From positions 62,001-126,000 of the IMG/VR virus record IMGVR_UViG_3300024308_000302: 64,000 nt of DNA. One strand, written 5' to 3'. A program made the position numbers and the translations under genes. Positions 37,957 through 47,194 of this stretch are shown piece after piece (position 1 is the first letter of the stretch; every line of letters starts with the position of its first letter). Under the pieces are notes generated by a model. It was not told where the DNA came from, made no database searches, and saw only the letters and a program-made list of their open reading frames with translations.

Positions 37957-38367
37957 TTATTTTGGTAAGTGATCCCAATATTGAGCGTCAACAGAATCAT
38001 AAATTTCTTCGTTTTCGCAAACGAGAACATACCAACCAGTTTCACGCTCACCAACAGGATGACCAAAGTACGCAATAATAGGTTTATCATAACCTTTGGC
38101 TTTAACCAGATATTCACCATAAGATTCTGGTTCTTTCCACACACGCTTCCAGTCAGCTTCTGTTGGAATCTCAGACCAAGACTCAATGTCAACAGCAACA
38201 TAGTCAGAATCGTTCTCAGAAACCAAAGAGTACCAACCAGTAGCTCGTTGACCAACAGGGTGATCGTAACGAGCGACAATTACTTTGTGATATCCTTTTA
38301 CTTTGACAAGATAGTCGCCATATTCTTCAGGCTCTTGATAAGGGCGTTTCCATTCTACAACTGCCAT
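37957..38367 (-). CDS. protein with two tandem DUF551-like repeats
   Basis: W(K)R..(Q/K)EPE.YG.YLVK.KGY...HPVG.R.TGWY.LV.EN repeated twice. Confidence 0.8.
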   Translation of the reverse strand: MAVVEWKRPYQEPEEYGDYLVKVKGYHKVIVARYDHPVGQRATGWYSLVSENDSDYVAVDIESWSEIPTEADWKRVWKEPESYGEYLVKAKGYDKPIIAYFGHPVGERETGWYVLVCENEEIYDSVDAQYWDHLPK

Positions 38368-38432
38368 TTTTGTTGCTCCAAGCTATCTGTTTAGGATTTA
38401 ATTATAGCAAAAAAGTTAGTAATGGTAAAGCT

Positions 38433-38678
38433 TTATTGTGCTGAGTCCATTACAGATTCAAGCCAACTTTGAGCTTCTTTAACATACTCTGCACCAGCTT
38501 CACTATTTTTAAGAATTCGACTCAAGATGCCCAAAACAGCATCTTTTTCAATCTTGTCAGATGCAATATCACGCATAAGATTGCTAATATCATTTTTGAT
38601 AGAAACATTGCCATGGTAACTATTGTCCATTGCATTTTTACTGGTTTGAAGTGCTTTTTTTACCAAAGGAGTCATCAT
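38433..38678 (-). CDS. hypothetical protein
   Basis: 81 aa ORF. Confidence 0.7.
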   Translation of the reverse strand: MMTPLVKKALQTSKNAMDNSYHGNVSIKNDISNLMRDIASDKIEKDAVLGILSRILKNSEAGAEYVKEAQSWLESVMDSAQ

Positions 38679-38679
38679 A

Positions 38680-38886
38680 TCATTCCTCTACGAGTTCAAT
38701 TTCAAGAGCCATCATGAAGCAACGACTTGAAACAGTATCATCATCCCAAAGAATTGAAATACTGGCTTCTCGGTCAGTTGGGTCAAATTCAATAACAGTA
38801 CCTTGCTGAGTTTTGGCGAAGTTCCATACACGTTTTCCAAAGATAGAATCATCTTCTGGATGTTGACATACTAACATGAAATTCAT
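38680..38886 (-). CDS. hypothetical protein
   Basis: 68 aa ORF, translationally coupled. Confidence 0.7.
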   Translation of the reverse strand: MNFMLVCQHPEDDSIFGKRVWNFAKTQQGTVIEFDPTDREASISILWDDDTVSSRCFMMALEIELVEE

Positions 38887-39095
38887 TCCTTGTCTTTATT
38901 TTTCGAGATTTTGTAATAAGCACTGGTCAGATACCAGCCAAGGGCACGAATTGCTCCGTCAGCACCCACATCAGGATGCTTTACGTCGAAAACGTCATCA
39001 ATAAGATAACCAACGTCATAGCGACCATCAGGGTACTTACGAACTTGAATAATTTTGTTTTGATCTTCGATTTCGGTAACGATTTCAAAAGACAT
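38883..39095 (-). CDS. hypothetical protein
   Basis: 70 aa, AGGT RBS. Confidence 0.75.
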   Translation of the reverse strand: MSFEIVTEIEDQNKIIQVRKYPDGRYDVGYLIDDVFDVKHPDVGADGAIRALGWYLTSAYYKISKNKDKE

Positions 39096-39158
39096 ATGGC
39101 ACCTATCACATCAAATTAATGATGCGATTATAGCATATGATAGGTGTACAAACAAGGA

Positions 39159-39572
39159 TTAGACTGTTGCTATTTCAGAAAAAATAGGGAAAAAGAATGC
39201 TATAACAAAAAGACCATCGAAAAGGCAAGCTGTGCCAGCTATTTGAAATAATTTTGATTTATAAGCATCTGTCATTTTAGTAGAGCAGTAGGTTAAATAA
39301 GAACCAACAATGAATAATAAAAATGAGACAAAAATTAATGCCGTAGACACTGGTATGTTTAAAACAGTAAGGCCAGCAAATGGTAATATATTTTGTAAAT
39401 AACAGCCTAGTGAAACTAATCCAGCAAAAAGAGACATAAACAATATAAAGCCTACAATACCACCAACCACTAATAAAATAAATGATCCTAAATGTGCAAA
39501 CATAAAAATCTCATAGTTCAATAATAAAAATATAACAGTTGTAAAATAGATTGCAATAAAAAAGGCCACCAA
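39159..39572 (-). CDS. membrane protein
   Basis: 3-4 hydrophobic segments; true start may be MFAHLG at 39503. Confidence 0.7.
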   Translation of the reverse strand: MVAFFIAIYFTTVIFLLLNYEIFMFAHLGSFILLVVGGIVGFILFMSLFAGLVSLGCYLQNILPFAGLTVLNIPVSTALIFVSFLLFIVGSYLTYCSTKMTDAYKSKLFQIAGTACLFDGLFVIAFFFPIFSEIATV

Positions 39573-39597
39573 AGTGACCTTAGTAATAACGGTTTAA

Positions 39598-39942
39598 TTA
39601 GAAATCAATATACTTCAAATTATAACCATGTTTGTTGGCAAAAAGATCAATATCATCTTTAGTCCAATCAGGATCAAACGATTTAACCAATGAGCCAGCA
39701 TCATCAAGCAAATCGTGAAAGAATGTCATGCCAGTCTCAACACGAACAACAACACCATCTTTGAGTGAACCTGAAAAATCAGGCAGACTAATCAATGTAG
39801 CCATCTGATAATTTTTACTTGCCGCTAATTTTTTCTTTTTAATCCGATTATAAATAATGAACGAAACATAAAGTGTCAAAGCAAAAGCTAGAAAAAGAAA
39901 TCCAAGAAAAATGTTAGAATACATAACAATATACCTCATCAA
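39598..39942 (-). CDS. membrane-anchored hypothetical protein
   Basis: N-terminal TM followed by RIKKKK. Confidence 0.7.
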   Translation of the reverse strand: MMRYIVMYSNIFLGFLFLAFALTLYVSFIIYNRIKKKKLAASKNYQMATLISLPDFSGSLKDGVVVRVETGMTFFHDLLDDAGSLVKSFDPDWTKDDIDLFANKHGYNLKYIDF

Positions 39943-39983
39943 TCAATGCTGTAATTATAACAAAAATCCGAATTAAATAAAAG

Positions 39984-40358
39984 CTATTTTACAACTCGTA
40001 ATGTTGGTTTGCCTTTAGGGCGTGGTGTATTATCTGGCTTGTCATCAATAGATTCTTTTTCAAAAATGTAACCTTTGCCATTTTCGTTTGCATAAATCGC
40101 TTGAATAGCACCAACCGGAACATAAATATCAAACAAAGAACCTTTAAAACGAGCAGAAAAAGATAAAGCGATATTATCAGACTGGAAAGATGTGATTGCA
40201 CCCATAGCAATATTCAGTACAATATACTCATCATTCTGATAAGCTGGTGGAACAATAACATCAGGATATTGAACAGAAACCTTAATATGTGGCGTCATAC
40301 CATTATCAACAATCCACTCATAGATTCCACGAATGATATAAGGTCGTCTTGAATTCAT
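39984..40358 (-). CDS. sspB: stringent starvation protein B (ClpXP adaptor)
   Basis: RPY..R..YEWIVDN..TPH, IVLNI, FSARF.G, AIYA.ENG.G and C-terminal ClpX-binding LRVVK. Confidence 0.95.
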   Translation of the reverse strand: MNSRRPYIIRGIYEWIVDNGMTPHIKVSVQYPDVIVPPAYQNDEYIVLNIAMGAITSFQSDNIALSFSARFKGSLFDIYVPVGAIQAIYANENGKGYIFEKESIDDKPDNTPRPKGKPTLRVVK

Positions 40359-40467
40359 AATCGTTCCTTTAAAATTTTGTCTATTATATTGTTTTTCAGG
40401 CTTTAGGTCAATTCAAATAGTTAAGTCAAAAAAACATAAATCTAAAGTGCTGTTTTATAGAAAAATA

Positions 40468-40695
40468 TTAATAATAAATAATTCGATTCTCATCTGTTTT
40501 TTTTGCTGTTTCAAAATTATCAACAGAATATGAGATACCAGTAAACATTAAAACCATAACTAAACTAAAAGCTCCAAATTCAAATAACAAAGAAAGTCTT
40601 GATTGTCGAAATGATATATTTTTTTTAACAAATTTAGTTTTAATCAGAGTTAATTCTTTTTCTTGAACAGTTTCAATAACCAAATCATCATTCAT
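40468..40695 (-). CDS. small membrane protein
   Basis: Single TM; start MNDDLV. Confidence 0.6.
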   Translation of the reverse strand: MNDDLVIETVQEKELTLIKTKFVKKNISFRQSRLSLLFEFGAFSLVMVLMFTGISYSVDNFETAKKTDENRIIYY

Positions 40696-40797
40696 ATAAA
40701 TCACCTTTAAGAATATCCTGCATAATAACAAAAAATACAAAAATGTCAATTTTTAGAACAAAAAAAAGCCTCCGAAGAGGCTCTTTTTGATTGTTAG

Positions 40798-40989
40798 TTA
40801 AAACAATTGCAAAAGATAGTTTTTCAATACTGGAAAGTAAACATCATATACCTTCATTTTCAAAATGGCAAAAATTGGCAACCCAAAAATTAGAGAGCAC
40901 AATACAGTTACCACAAGTTCTTCTGCTTTGTTCAGTTGTACATCATTATCAAAATTTTCGTTGTTCAAGTCCATAGCCCACCTCATCAT
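40798..40989 (-). CDS. small membrane protein
   Basis: Single TM; GAGG RBS. Confidence 0.6.
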   Translation of the reverse strand: MMRWAMDLNNENFDNDVQLNKAEELVVTVLCSLIFGLPIFAILKMKVYDVYFPVLKNYLLQLF

Positions 40990-41072
40990 TTACAATAGAG
41001 ATATTATACCACAAAGAGGTCGAGAGGGAAGAAAAAAGCCTCAATAAATGATACTTTTTTTAGAACTATTTG

Positions 41073-41762
41073 TTATCGTTTGAAGGGAAATTCAAAGGGA
41101 CGTTTCGTTTCCCGAGTGAAAAAATCATCATCTGTAACCATAGCCGGAAGCGATGCAATGATTCCGTCAAAATCATTTTTAAGATCTTCTGGTTTAACAT
41201 AGGTCGCATAAAATTGAGCAAGATACCAAGTAACTGACTGCCAGAAAACCATATTGTCAGTCAAATTGTTAGAAGTGGACATGAAATGACATTTAGCATT
41301 GCCACCTCGTTGACGAACAGCAAACTTGATATAATGATGAACTTGACCTTTAAATTCTTCAAATTCCTGACGAACTTGCAGCACTGGATCATCAAGGCCA
41401 ACAAGCTGTGCCAATTTTTCTAAAAGGGGCGTATTTTCTTTGGCTAAATTGTTATGCAGCGTAACCCAATCATCTTTAGGGCTTGGATTGGACTTAATAT
41501 AAACCTGCAAATACTTATTTTCATCATTTTCAATTTTATGAAAAGGCTTGTCAAATCGAGTCAAAAAGTGATTATTTGGGTCAAGAACAGATTTATCATT
41601 AAGACTGAATTCCATGCAGCGAATGGCATCACGAGACACATCTTTCTGCAGCAATGCACCATTGAAAAAACATACATCTTCATTTTCAAGAAGTTCACTG
41701 AATTCAGATTGACCAATAATGCTATTGACCAACAAAAGAACACGATCTTTGACAGTACGCAT
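41073..41762 (-). CDS. hypothetical protein
   Basis: 229 aa, AGGAG RBS. Confidence 0.85.
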   Translation of the reverse strand: MRTVKDRVLLLVNSIIGQSEFSELLENEDVCFFNGALLQKDVSRDAIRCMEFSLNDKSVLDPNNHFLTRFDKPFHKIENDENKYLQVYIKSNPSPKDDWVTLHNNLAKENTPLLEKLAQLVGLDDPVLQVRQEFEEFKGQVHHYIKFAVRQRGGNAKCHFMSTSNNLTDNMVFWQSVTWYLAQFYATYVKPEDLKNDFDGIIASLPAMVTDDDFFTRETKRPFEFPFKR

Positions 41763-41806
41763 GGATAGCTCTCCTAAAGAATAGCCATATTATAGCAAAG
41801 AAAAGA

Positions 41807-42250
41807 CTATTTCTCAAGCAGTGCTTGGACAGTTGTACCTGACATAAATTCATCAAACATATCAGAAACACACTGTTTAGACAACCCAGTATTAAAGTAA
41901 ATATCCATAACTCTACCAGAAGACATGAATACTTCTTTCAGTTTAGATTCTGGAATTCCATTTACACCAAGGAATTCAATGGCAACAAGAATGTCATGCT
42001 TGATATTATTTTTATAGGAAGCAAATTGAAGTTTAGCGTCTTTAAATTGCAGTTTGAAATCACTGCTGAAGCCATCAATAGGAGCTTCGCGGAAATAGAA
42101 GGAATGAGAATCATCAATCAAAGATGAATTCAAGTTGTCTACTTCAGCCTTAATCTCTTCATCAGAGCAATTACGAATAGCAACAATATGCTGAATAGAA
42201 GAGTAATAATCTTCAATGTCTTGCTGAATGATAACAAAATATTTTTTCAT
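41807..42250 (-). CDS. hypothetical protein
   Basis: 147 aa ORF with ~130 nt leader. Confidence 0.8.
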   Translation of the reverse strand: MKKYFVIIQQDIEDYYSSIQHIVAIRNCSDEEIKAEVDNLNSSLIDDSHSFYFREAPIDGFSSDFKLQFKDAKLQFASYKNNIKHDILVAIEFLGVNGIPESKLKEVFMSSGRVMDIYFNTGLSKQCVSDMFDEFMSGTTVQALLEK

Positions 42251-42288
42251 TTTTAAACTTTCTCAAGTGCATGAAAGAAATCTGGATA

Positions 42289-42379
42289 TGGTCAGAGGTT
42301 GTATCGGCCCCTCTCTTAAACGGCGTGATCCTCACACCTATAACGACAACTCACGTCTTCTGCCGTAACCATAATTTGA
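42289..42379 (-). promoter_or_regulatory. structured 5' leader or sRNA
   Basis: TTGCAT-17-TATTAT promoter; stems TGGTT/GACCA, ACGGC/GCCGT, AGAGG/CCTCT. Confidence 0.4.
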
Positions 42380-42484
42380 AAACAAATAATAGCAAATATT
42401 ACACATCAATGCAAGATATTTTTACAAAATTTGATTTTTCTTTAAACTACAATATAATCAACTTATAAACAAAAACAATAAGAT

Positions 42485-43351
42485 ATGATTAAACTATTAC
42501 ATATTGCTATGATGGCAATAACTTTGACGCCAATTTCTTTTGCTGGATATACTATTAAAATACCTTTAGATAGTAGTCATATCAATATGGGAAATAATCA
42601 ACCAACTAACCCGACTAATCCAACTACACCATCAAAAAGTTATGATGACTTTTTAGAAGATCTATTTGCTAATAACACTGGATTCCAAGATAAATATAAT
42701 AACTTATGTAGTCAATATGAAGGCGGAGTAAGAACAGATTATGTGCCATCAGATGATGGAATAATTGATGTGAATGCTAACTGTGTTCAATTCCCCGGTT
42801 ATGATTTTTCTGGTAAAACATTCGCAGATGCAGCTATTGGTTGGGCCAGTTTCATTGGTGCAGATCTAAGTAATATACAGATGTCTGAGTTATATATGGA
42901 ATATACAGATTTTTCAGATGCTAACTTATCTAATGCTGTTGTAAATAATGGAGCCTTCAACTACGCAAGTTTTGATGGTACTAATATGTCATCAGCACAA
43001 TTTAATAATCCAAGTTTTATTGATTCATCTTTTGTTGATACCAATTTATCAAATGCTACTTTTGCAACAAACACAACTGTAAATTCATCTACTTTTGAAA
43101 ATGCAAATCTAAGTGGTGCAACATTTGAAGGTAACAACTCATTAAGAGGAACAACATTTACAAACTCTAATTTAAGTGGCGTAACATTTGGAGCAGGAAC
43201 AGGTTTTGATAACACTATTTTTGATGGAGTTGATTTAAGAGGTGCAGTATTCAGTGACTCACTTAATATCTATGGTGCTACATTTATAAATGTCATTTAT
43301 GATGAAACTACAGTTTGGCCAAGGTGGTATACACCACCAGCATCAATGTGA
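42485..43351 (+). CDS. exported pentapeptide-repeat protein (PL-motif family)
   Basis: Signal peptide, GYTIKIPLD, TNP linker, A(D/N)LS.A.F pentapeptide repeats. Confidence 0.88.
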   Translation: MIKLLHIAMMAITLTPISFAGYTIKIPLDSSHINMGNNQPTNPTNPTTPSKSYDDFLEDLFANNTGFQDKYNNLCSQYEGGVRTDYVPSDDGIIDVNANCVQFPGYDFSGKTFADAAIGWASFIGADLSNIQMSELYMEYTDFSDANLSNAVVNNGAFNYASFDGTNMSSAQFNNPSFIDSSFVDTNLSNATFATNTTVNSSTFENANLSGATFEGNNSLRGTTFTNSNLSGVTFGAGTGFDNTIFDGVDLRGAVFSDSLNIYGATFINVIYDETTVWPRWYTPPASM

Positions 43352-43360
43352 ACACAAAAA

Positions 43361-43382
43361 AAAGACCTCCGAAGAGGTCTTT
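43361..43382. terminator. bidirectional intrinsic terminator, identical to 62760-62781
   Basis: AAAGACCTC-CGAA-GAGGTCTTT with A/T tracts on both sides (UUCG loop on minus strand). Confidence 0.85.
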
Positions 43383-43394
43383 TGTGTTACTTAG

Positions 43395-43465
43395 CAAAGT
43401 GGCAGGATTTAAACCTACAACCTCCACTCGGTTAGAGTGGCTATCTGACATTGATATACACTTTA
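43395..43465 (-). ncRNA. tRNA-like element without CCA
   Basis: Full cloverleaf: TAAAGTG/CACTTTG, TATC/GATA, CCACT-CTAACCG-AGTGG, GTAGG-TTTAAAT-CCTGC; lacks D-loop GG and T-loop C. Confidence 0.6.
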
Positions 43466-43489
43466 CCTGTTCCGGCGTTTCAGCCTAAA

Positions 43490-43568
43490 CCCATATCAGT
43501 GATGGGACTTGAACCCATGACCTTCTCTCTTCAGAGATTATCTACCGACTGATATACACCTTTATGGG
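43490..43568 (-). ncRNA. tRNA-like element with extended acceptor stem and 4 nt anticodon loop
   Basis: TATC-AGTCGGTA-GATA, TCTCT-GAAG-AGAGA, ATGGG-TTCAAGT-CCCAT, GGTG/CACT plus CCCATA/TATGGG. Confidence 0.6.
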
Positions 43569-43691
43569 AGAGAACCAACTTGTTCAAGAACAAGCCTGAT
43601 GCAAGCTAAATCTTAGGTTACATCTATTTTTTAATAGTAGTCGCTGACTACTGTGAACGATTATAGCAAATAGCTTGATGGTAGGCAAGCT

Positions 43692-43919
43692 TTATTTTTT
43701 CATGTAGATTTCATTAATTTTTGCTTGGTCACAAGATACAACATTTTTTTCATAAAGTTCTGCATAAGAACAAGCTTCAAAAAAAAGATTATTCTCAGAA
43801 CTCAAATCAACATCTGGTTTTTGAAACAAAATAGAATCTACATCAACATACAGAGTGCCCCAAACATCGTCTTCAAACTCAACATTTCGAAGCTCAATGC
43901 CAATAAATGATGCACTCAT
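43692..43919 (-). CDS. small acidic protein
   Basis: 75 aa, GAGGA RBS. Confidence 0.7.
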   Translation of the reverse strand: MSASFIGIELRNVEFEDDVWGTLYVDVDSILFQKPDVDLSSENNLFFEACSYAELYEKNVVSCDQAKINEIYMKK

Positions 43920-43921
43920 TA

Positions 43922-44224
43922 TTATTCCTCTACAAATTCTTCAAGAATATCATGATTAATACGTTGCTTCTCAGAACGCTTTTCACTACGACGAACAGCA
44001 ACTTTAAGGCGAGCTTTTGATTTACGCTCATTATGATTTTTATCTGGCATATGAGACAAATCATGATGACTAAGAGATGGGTCTTTAGCAATCAACTCAT
44101 CAGTTTTTGAATTGTAAGCAGAAATGCCATTACCAGTGCTTTTATGAGCATCAAATGCAACATTTGCTGCACGATGAATTTTTACCAGTTTCCAATTTTT
44201 TTGATCACGATGACTTCTGGACAT
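43922..44224 (-). CDS. basic hypothetical protein
   Basis: Start MSRSHR. Confidence 0.75.
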   Translation of the reverse strand: MSRSHRDQKNWKLVKIHRAANVAFDAHKSTGNGISAYNSKTDELIAKDPSLSHHDLSHMPDKNHNERKSKARLKVAVRRSEKRSEKQRINHDILEEFVEE

Positions 44225-44304
44225 AACCTTAATCTCCAATATTTTTTCTATTATATCAAATATACACTCAAAAAAAAAGACTTCTATCGAAGCCTTTCAC
44301 ATCT

Positions 44305-44769
44305 TTAAGCTAAAGAATCCACGCGATAAAAGAGTTTTTCACAATGATCTTTGAATTCGCCATCGTCAACAGAAAGGTCAGGACAATTTTTATTGATATG
44401 GATATCAAAAGACTCATAAAAATAGTCAACAGGAAAATCAATCTGATCAGATGCAGGAACAACATAGACAAGGCGGTTATCCTGATAGAAGTATGCATAT
44501 TGCTTGCCATTAACAGGGCAAACCATTTCAAGACCATATTTAATAGCAACTTGGCTTGCATAATACTTCACATAGGCCACACCATCTTCTGGCATGATTT
44601 TATAACTACAAAACAAGCTATTATCAATTTCTTGCGGATAAAAATGATCGTTAACATTCGCACTTACAGTAATGAATTTTTTGTAATGAGGGTATGGAAG
44701 CTGAAAAACACCAATCAAAGATACTGTATCAGTGTTATCTTTAAGTGGAACTGTCAAAGTATAAGGCAT
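44305..44769 (-). CDS. hypothetical protein
   Basis: 154 aa ORF. Confidence 0.8.
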   Translation of the reverse strand: MPYTLTVPLKDNTDTVSLIGVFQLPYPHYKKFITVSANVNDHFYPQEIDNSLFCSYKIMPEDGVAYVKYYASQVAIKYGLEMVCPVNGKQYAYFYQDNRLVYVVPASDQIDFPVDYFYESFDIHINKNCPDLSVDDGEFKDHCEKLFYRVDSLA

Positions 44770-44780
44770 GATATTAACCT

Positions 44781-45203
44781 TTATTTAAGAGGAAACAGAA
44801 CGATTTCGTAAACATCAACCATTTGCAATGGTTTAACATCTGGATAATCACATGCTTCATCTGGGACAACAAAAGCATAAAACTTATCGTCTGGATTGAA
44901 CTGTTTTTCAAAGTAACCAGCATTAACTGCAGCACCAGTCATAATGCCATTAAATTCCAGATAACTAAAACGCTTCAAGGATTCTTCTGTAAAAACAGAA
45001 TTTCGAGGATCTTGCCATTTATGTGGGCGGTCATGGATAAATGGTTTTCCCACGAAACTGTGCATAGGGTGTTCAGCACCTTCTGCTGTCAGTTTGGCCA
45101 TAATTGTTGCTTGCAAAGCGTTTTTCTTTTCAGCCAATTGAGTTTCAAGAATAGCACATTCTTGAGCCAGTTTGTCAATTTCAAGCTGAGTAGGTTGAGT
45201 CAT
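44781..45203 (-). CDS. hypothetical protein
   Basis: 140 aa ORF. Confidence 0.8.
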   Translation of the reverse strand: MTQPTQLEIDKLAQECAILETQLAEKKNALQATIMAKLTAEGAEHPMHSFVGKPFIHDRPHKWQDPRNSVFTEESLKRFSYLEFNGIMTGAAVNAGYFEKQFNPDDKFYAFVVPDEACDYPDVKPLQMVDVYEIVLFPLK

Positions 45204-45364
45204 TTCTATAATCCTATCTGTTTAAATTTCACTGATTATAGCACAATAAACCCCTATAAACAAGACGTTTTAAAATGGTTGCACAATCCAAGACATACAG
45301 TTGTTGCAGCAAAACCGAAAAAATGATATAATCATGCTTCAAATGAAATAGAAAGGTTAATTTT

Positions 45365-45802
45365 ATGACTGAAAATATTGAAATTGGAATCAAAGACATA
45401 AATGGAGTTGAACTTGTACATGGCGACTATGTAAGGTTTGATTTCTCCGATCTGATGGACACACCATTTATTGGTTCCAATTTTGGCAAAACCATCAAAA
45501 AACAGAATTTGGAAAAGTGTATTTTTCACTTTATGTCTGCAAAAAAATTTCAACCTGACTATGGTTGGCATAACACACTTTGCTATGTCATCTATTTTGT
45601 AAAAGATGGTGATATTTTCCTGACTAAAGAAAATCGTGACCCAGAAGACAAACCATATGTAAGAAAAGGCGATGAACCAAATTATTTTGATTTTGATGTT
45701 GATCCAAGATTTTTGGTTTACATCACTGGAAAAAACGGATTTACAAAAGTTGGGCATTCTGAAAATGTAACCTTGACTGTTGAAGAAGTTGTAAACAGTT
45801 AA
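45365..45802 (+). CDS. YopX-like domain protein
   Basis: GIKDINGVELVHGDYV ... VGHSEN; GAAAGG RBS. Confidence 0.7.
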   Translation: MTENIEIGIKDINGVELVHGDYVRFDFSDLMDTPFIGSNFGKTIKKQNLEKCIFHFMSAKKFQPDYGWHNTLCYVIYFVKDGDIFLTKENRDPEDKPYVRKGDEPNYFDFDVDPRFLVYITGKNGFTKVGHSENVTLTVEEVVNS

Positions 45803-45856
45803 ATAAAGGGAACAAAAAAAGATGGCAACTGCCATCTTTTTTATTGCCCGAAAGTT

Positions 45857-46195
45857 TTATCTAATTCGACTTGCAATCGATCCATTCCAGATAGTAAACA
45901 AGTCAGAACCAAGCCAAGACAAATCTTCTTTATCATAATCAATTACTGGCATTCCAGCTTTTTTAGCAAATTTGATAAAATCTTCTTTACTGTGTGAAGA
46001 TACAGTTAATGGAGCCAGCCAAAATGCAAAGACTTCTTTGAAGAACAAAGAATCCAAACCAAGCACTGATAATTTTGAGTTACTAAAGAAATGAGAATCT
46101 TTTTGTTCTTGCTCAACAACAAATGCTTGAAATTTTACTTTTTCTACATGAACAGTATCCATGTCCAGACCAAGAAAATCAGTAAGATTGAACAT
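45857..46195 (-). CDS. hypothetical protein
   Basis: Start MFNLTD after GGAGG. Confidence 0.75.
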   Translation of the reverse strand: MFNLTDFLGLDMDTVHVEKVKFQAFVVEQEQKDSHFFSNSKLSVLGLDSLFFKEVFAFWLAPLTVSSHSKEDFIKFAKKAGMPVIDYDKEDLSWLGSDLFTIWNGSIASRIR

Positions 46196-46541
46196 AGACA
46201 ACCTCCACATCTTCATCAGGATCATAAGAAGGCATCATAGAACCCAAATTATTACTGGAAAACCCATAACGCTCCATGTACATAAGCATCATGTTTTTTA
46301 CGTCTTTGCTAAGTTCAAGGGCAGCAGGAACTTCACTCAAATCATAGCCAACAGATTTATTGATATCAACAAATGAAAACTCACCATTACCAGTGAAGAA
46401 AGCAAAATGATGTTTTTTACAAGCAGGCTTGATATGTTCTTCAAAAATAGAATTGATCAAAGAAAAAACAGAATCTTCATATTGTTTATGCATAGCATCA
46501 AAATGCGTTGAAACAGCGTCAGTCGTTTGTGGAATAGTCAT
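46179..46541 (-). CDS. hypothetical protein
   Basis: 120 aa ORF. Confidence 0.75.
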   Translation of the reverse strand: MTIPQTTDAVSTHFDAMHKQYEDSVFSLINSIFEEHIKPACKKHHFAFFTGNGEFSFVDINKSVGYDLSEVPAALELSKDVKNMMLMYMERYGFSSNNLGSMMPSYDPDEDVEVVYVQSY

Positions 46542-46604
46542 TGTTATAGCCCTATAGTGGTAATTGGCTGATTATACCACTATTATAAAATGACAGCAAG
46601 AAAA

Positions 46605-46826
46605 TTATTCTTCAACAAGAATATAGTGACACCAAATTTTAAATTCTGGCAAATAACATTGATTATGATCATTTACTTCAACAGGTTCAAAAACAGAGTC
46701 ACCTAATGCAAGTAATGCTTTCAGTTTTCGAATAACATAGAAAGATTCCGCAATGGATAAGTCTAATAATTGTTCTTCTGAATACATATCTTTCATCATA
46801 TAATCTTTATCCAACTTTACTTTCAT
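46605..46826 (-). CDS. hypothetical protein
   Basis: Start MKVKLD after AAGGAG. Confidence 0.75.
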   Translation of the reverse strand: MKVKLDKDYMMKDMYSEEQLLDLSIAESFYVIRKLKALLALGDSVFEPVEVNDHNQCYLPEFKIWCHYILVEE

Positions 46827-47124
46827 TTGAAACTCTCCTTTTGAACGGAACAACATTTGAATATTTAGAATAATCAATTGGTTTTGAATTAACAACTTTT
46901 ATTGTATATATTAATTTGCGACTCTCAATAACTTTGAAAGAATAAAAAATGCCCAATAATAAAATATTAGGGATAGGAACAATAAGCATTAACTCAATAA
47001 ATGAATTAATTGTAAAAAAATAAGAATAAGAGGCAATCAACAAAGGAACACAAATAAAATTAACAGGAACTACACAACTGTAAAAATTATTATAGTCTTT
47101 TAAGTAATTAAGTAATTTTTGCAT
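46807..47124 (-). CDS. small membrane protein
   Basis: Two TM segments; GGAG RBS. Confidence 0.7.
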   Translation of the reverse strand: MQKLLNYLKDYNNFYSCVVPVNFICVPLLIASYSYFFTINSFIELMLIVPIPNILLLGIFYSFKVIESRKLIYTIKVVNSKPIDYSKYSNVVPFKRRVSNESKVG

Positions 47125-47194
47125 ATAACAATAACTCCAAAGTTATTTAAGTATACACAAAAAAATAAGGCTATCAAGTAGCCTTATAAATTTT

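Noticed and set aside
43395-43568. YrlA/Y RNA assignment for the tRNA mimics
   Set aside because: Topology is not the Y-RNA permutation and no Ro60 gene is in the window.
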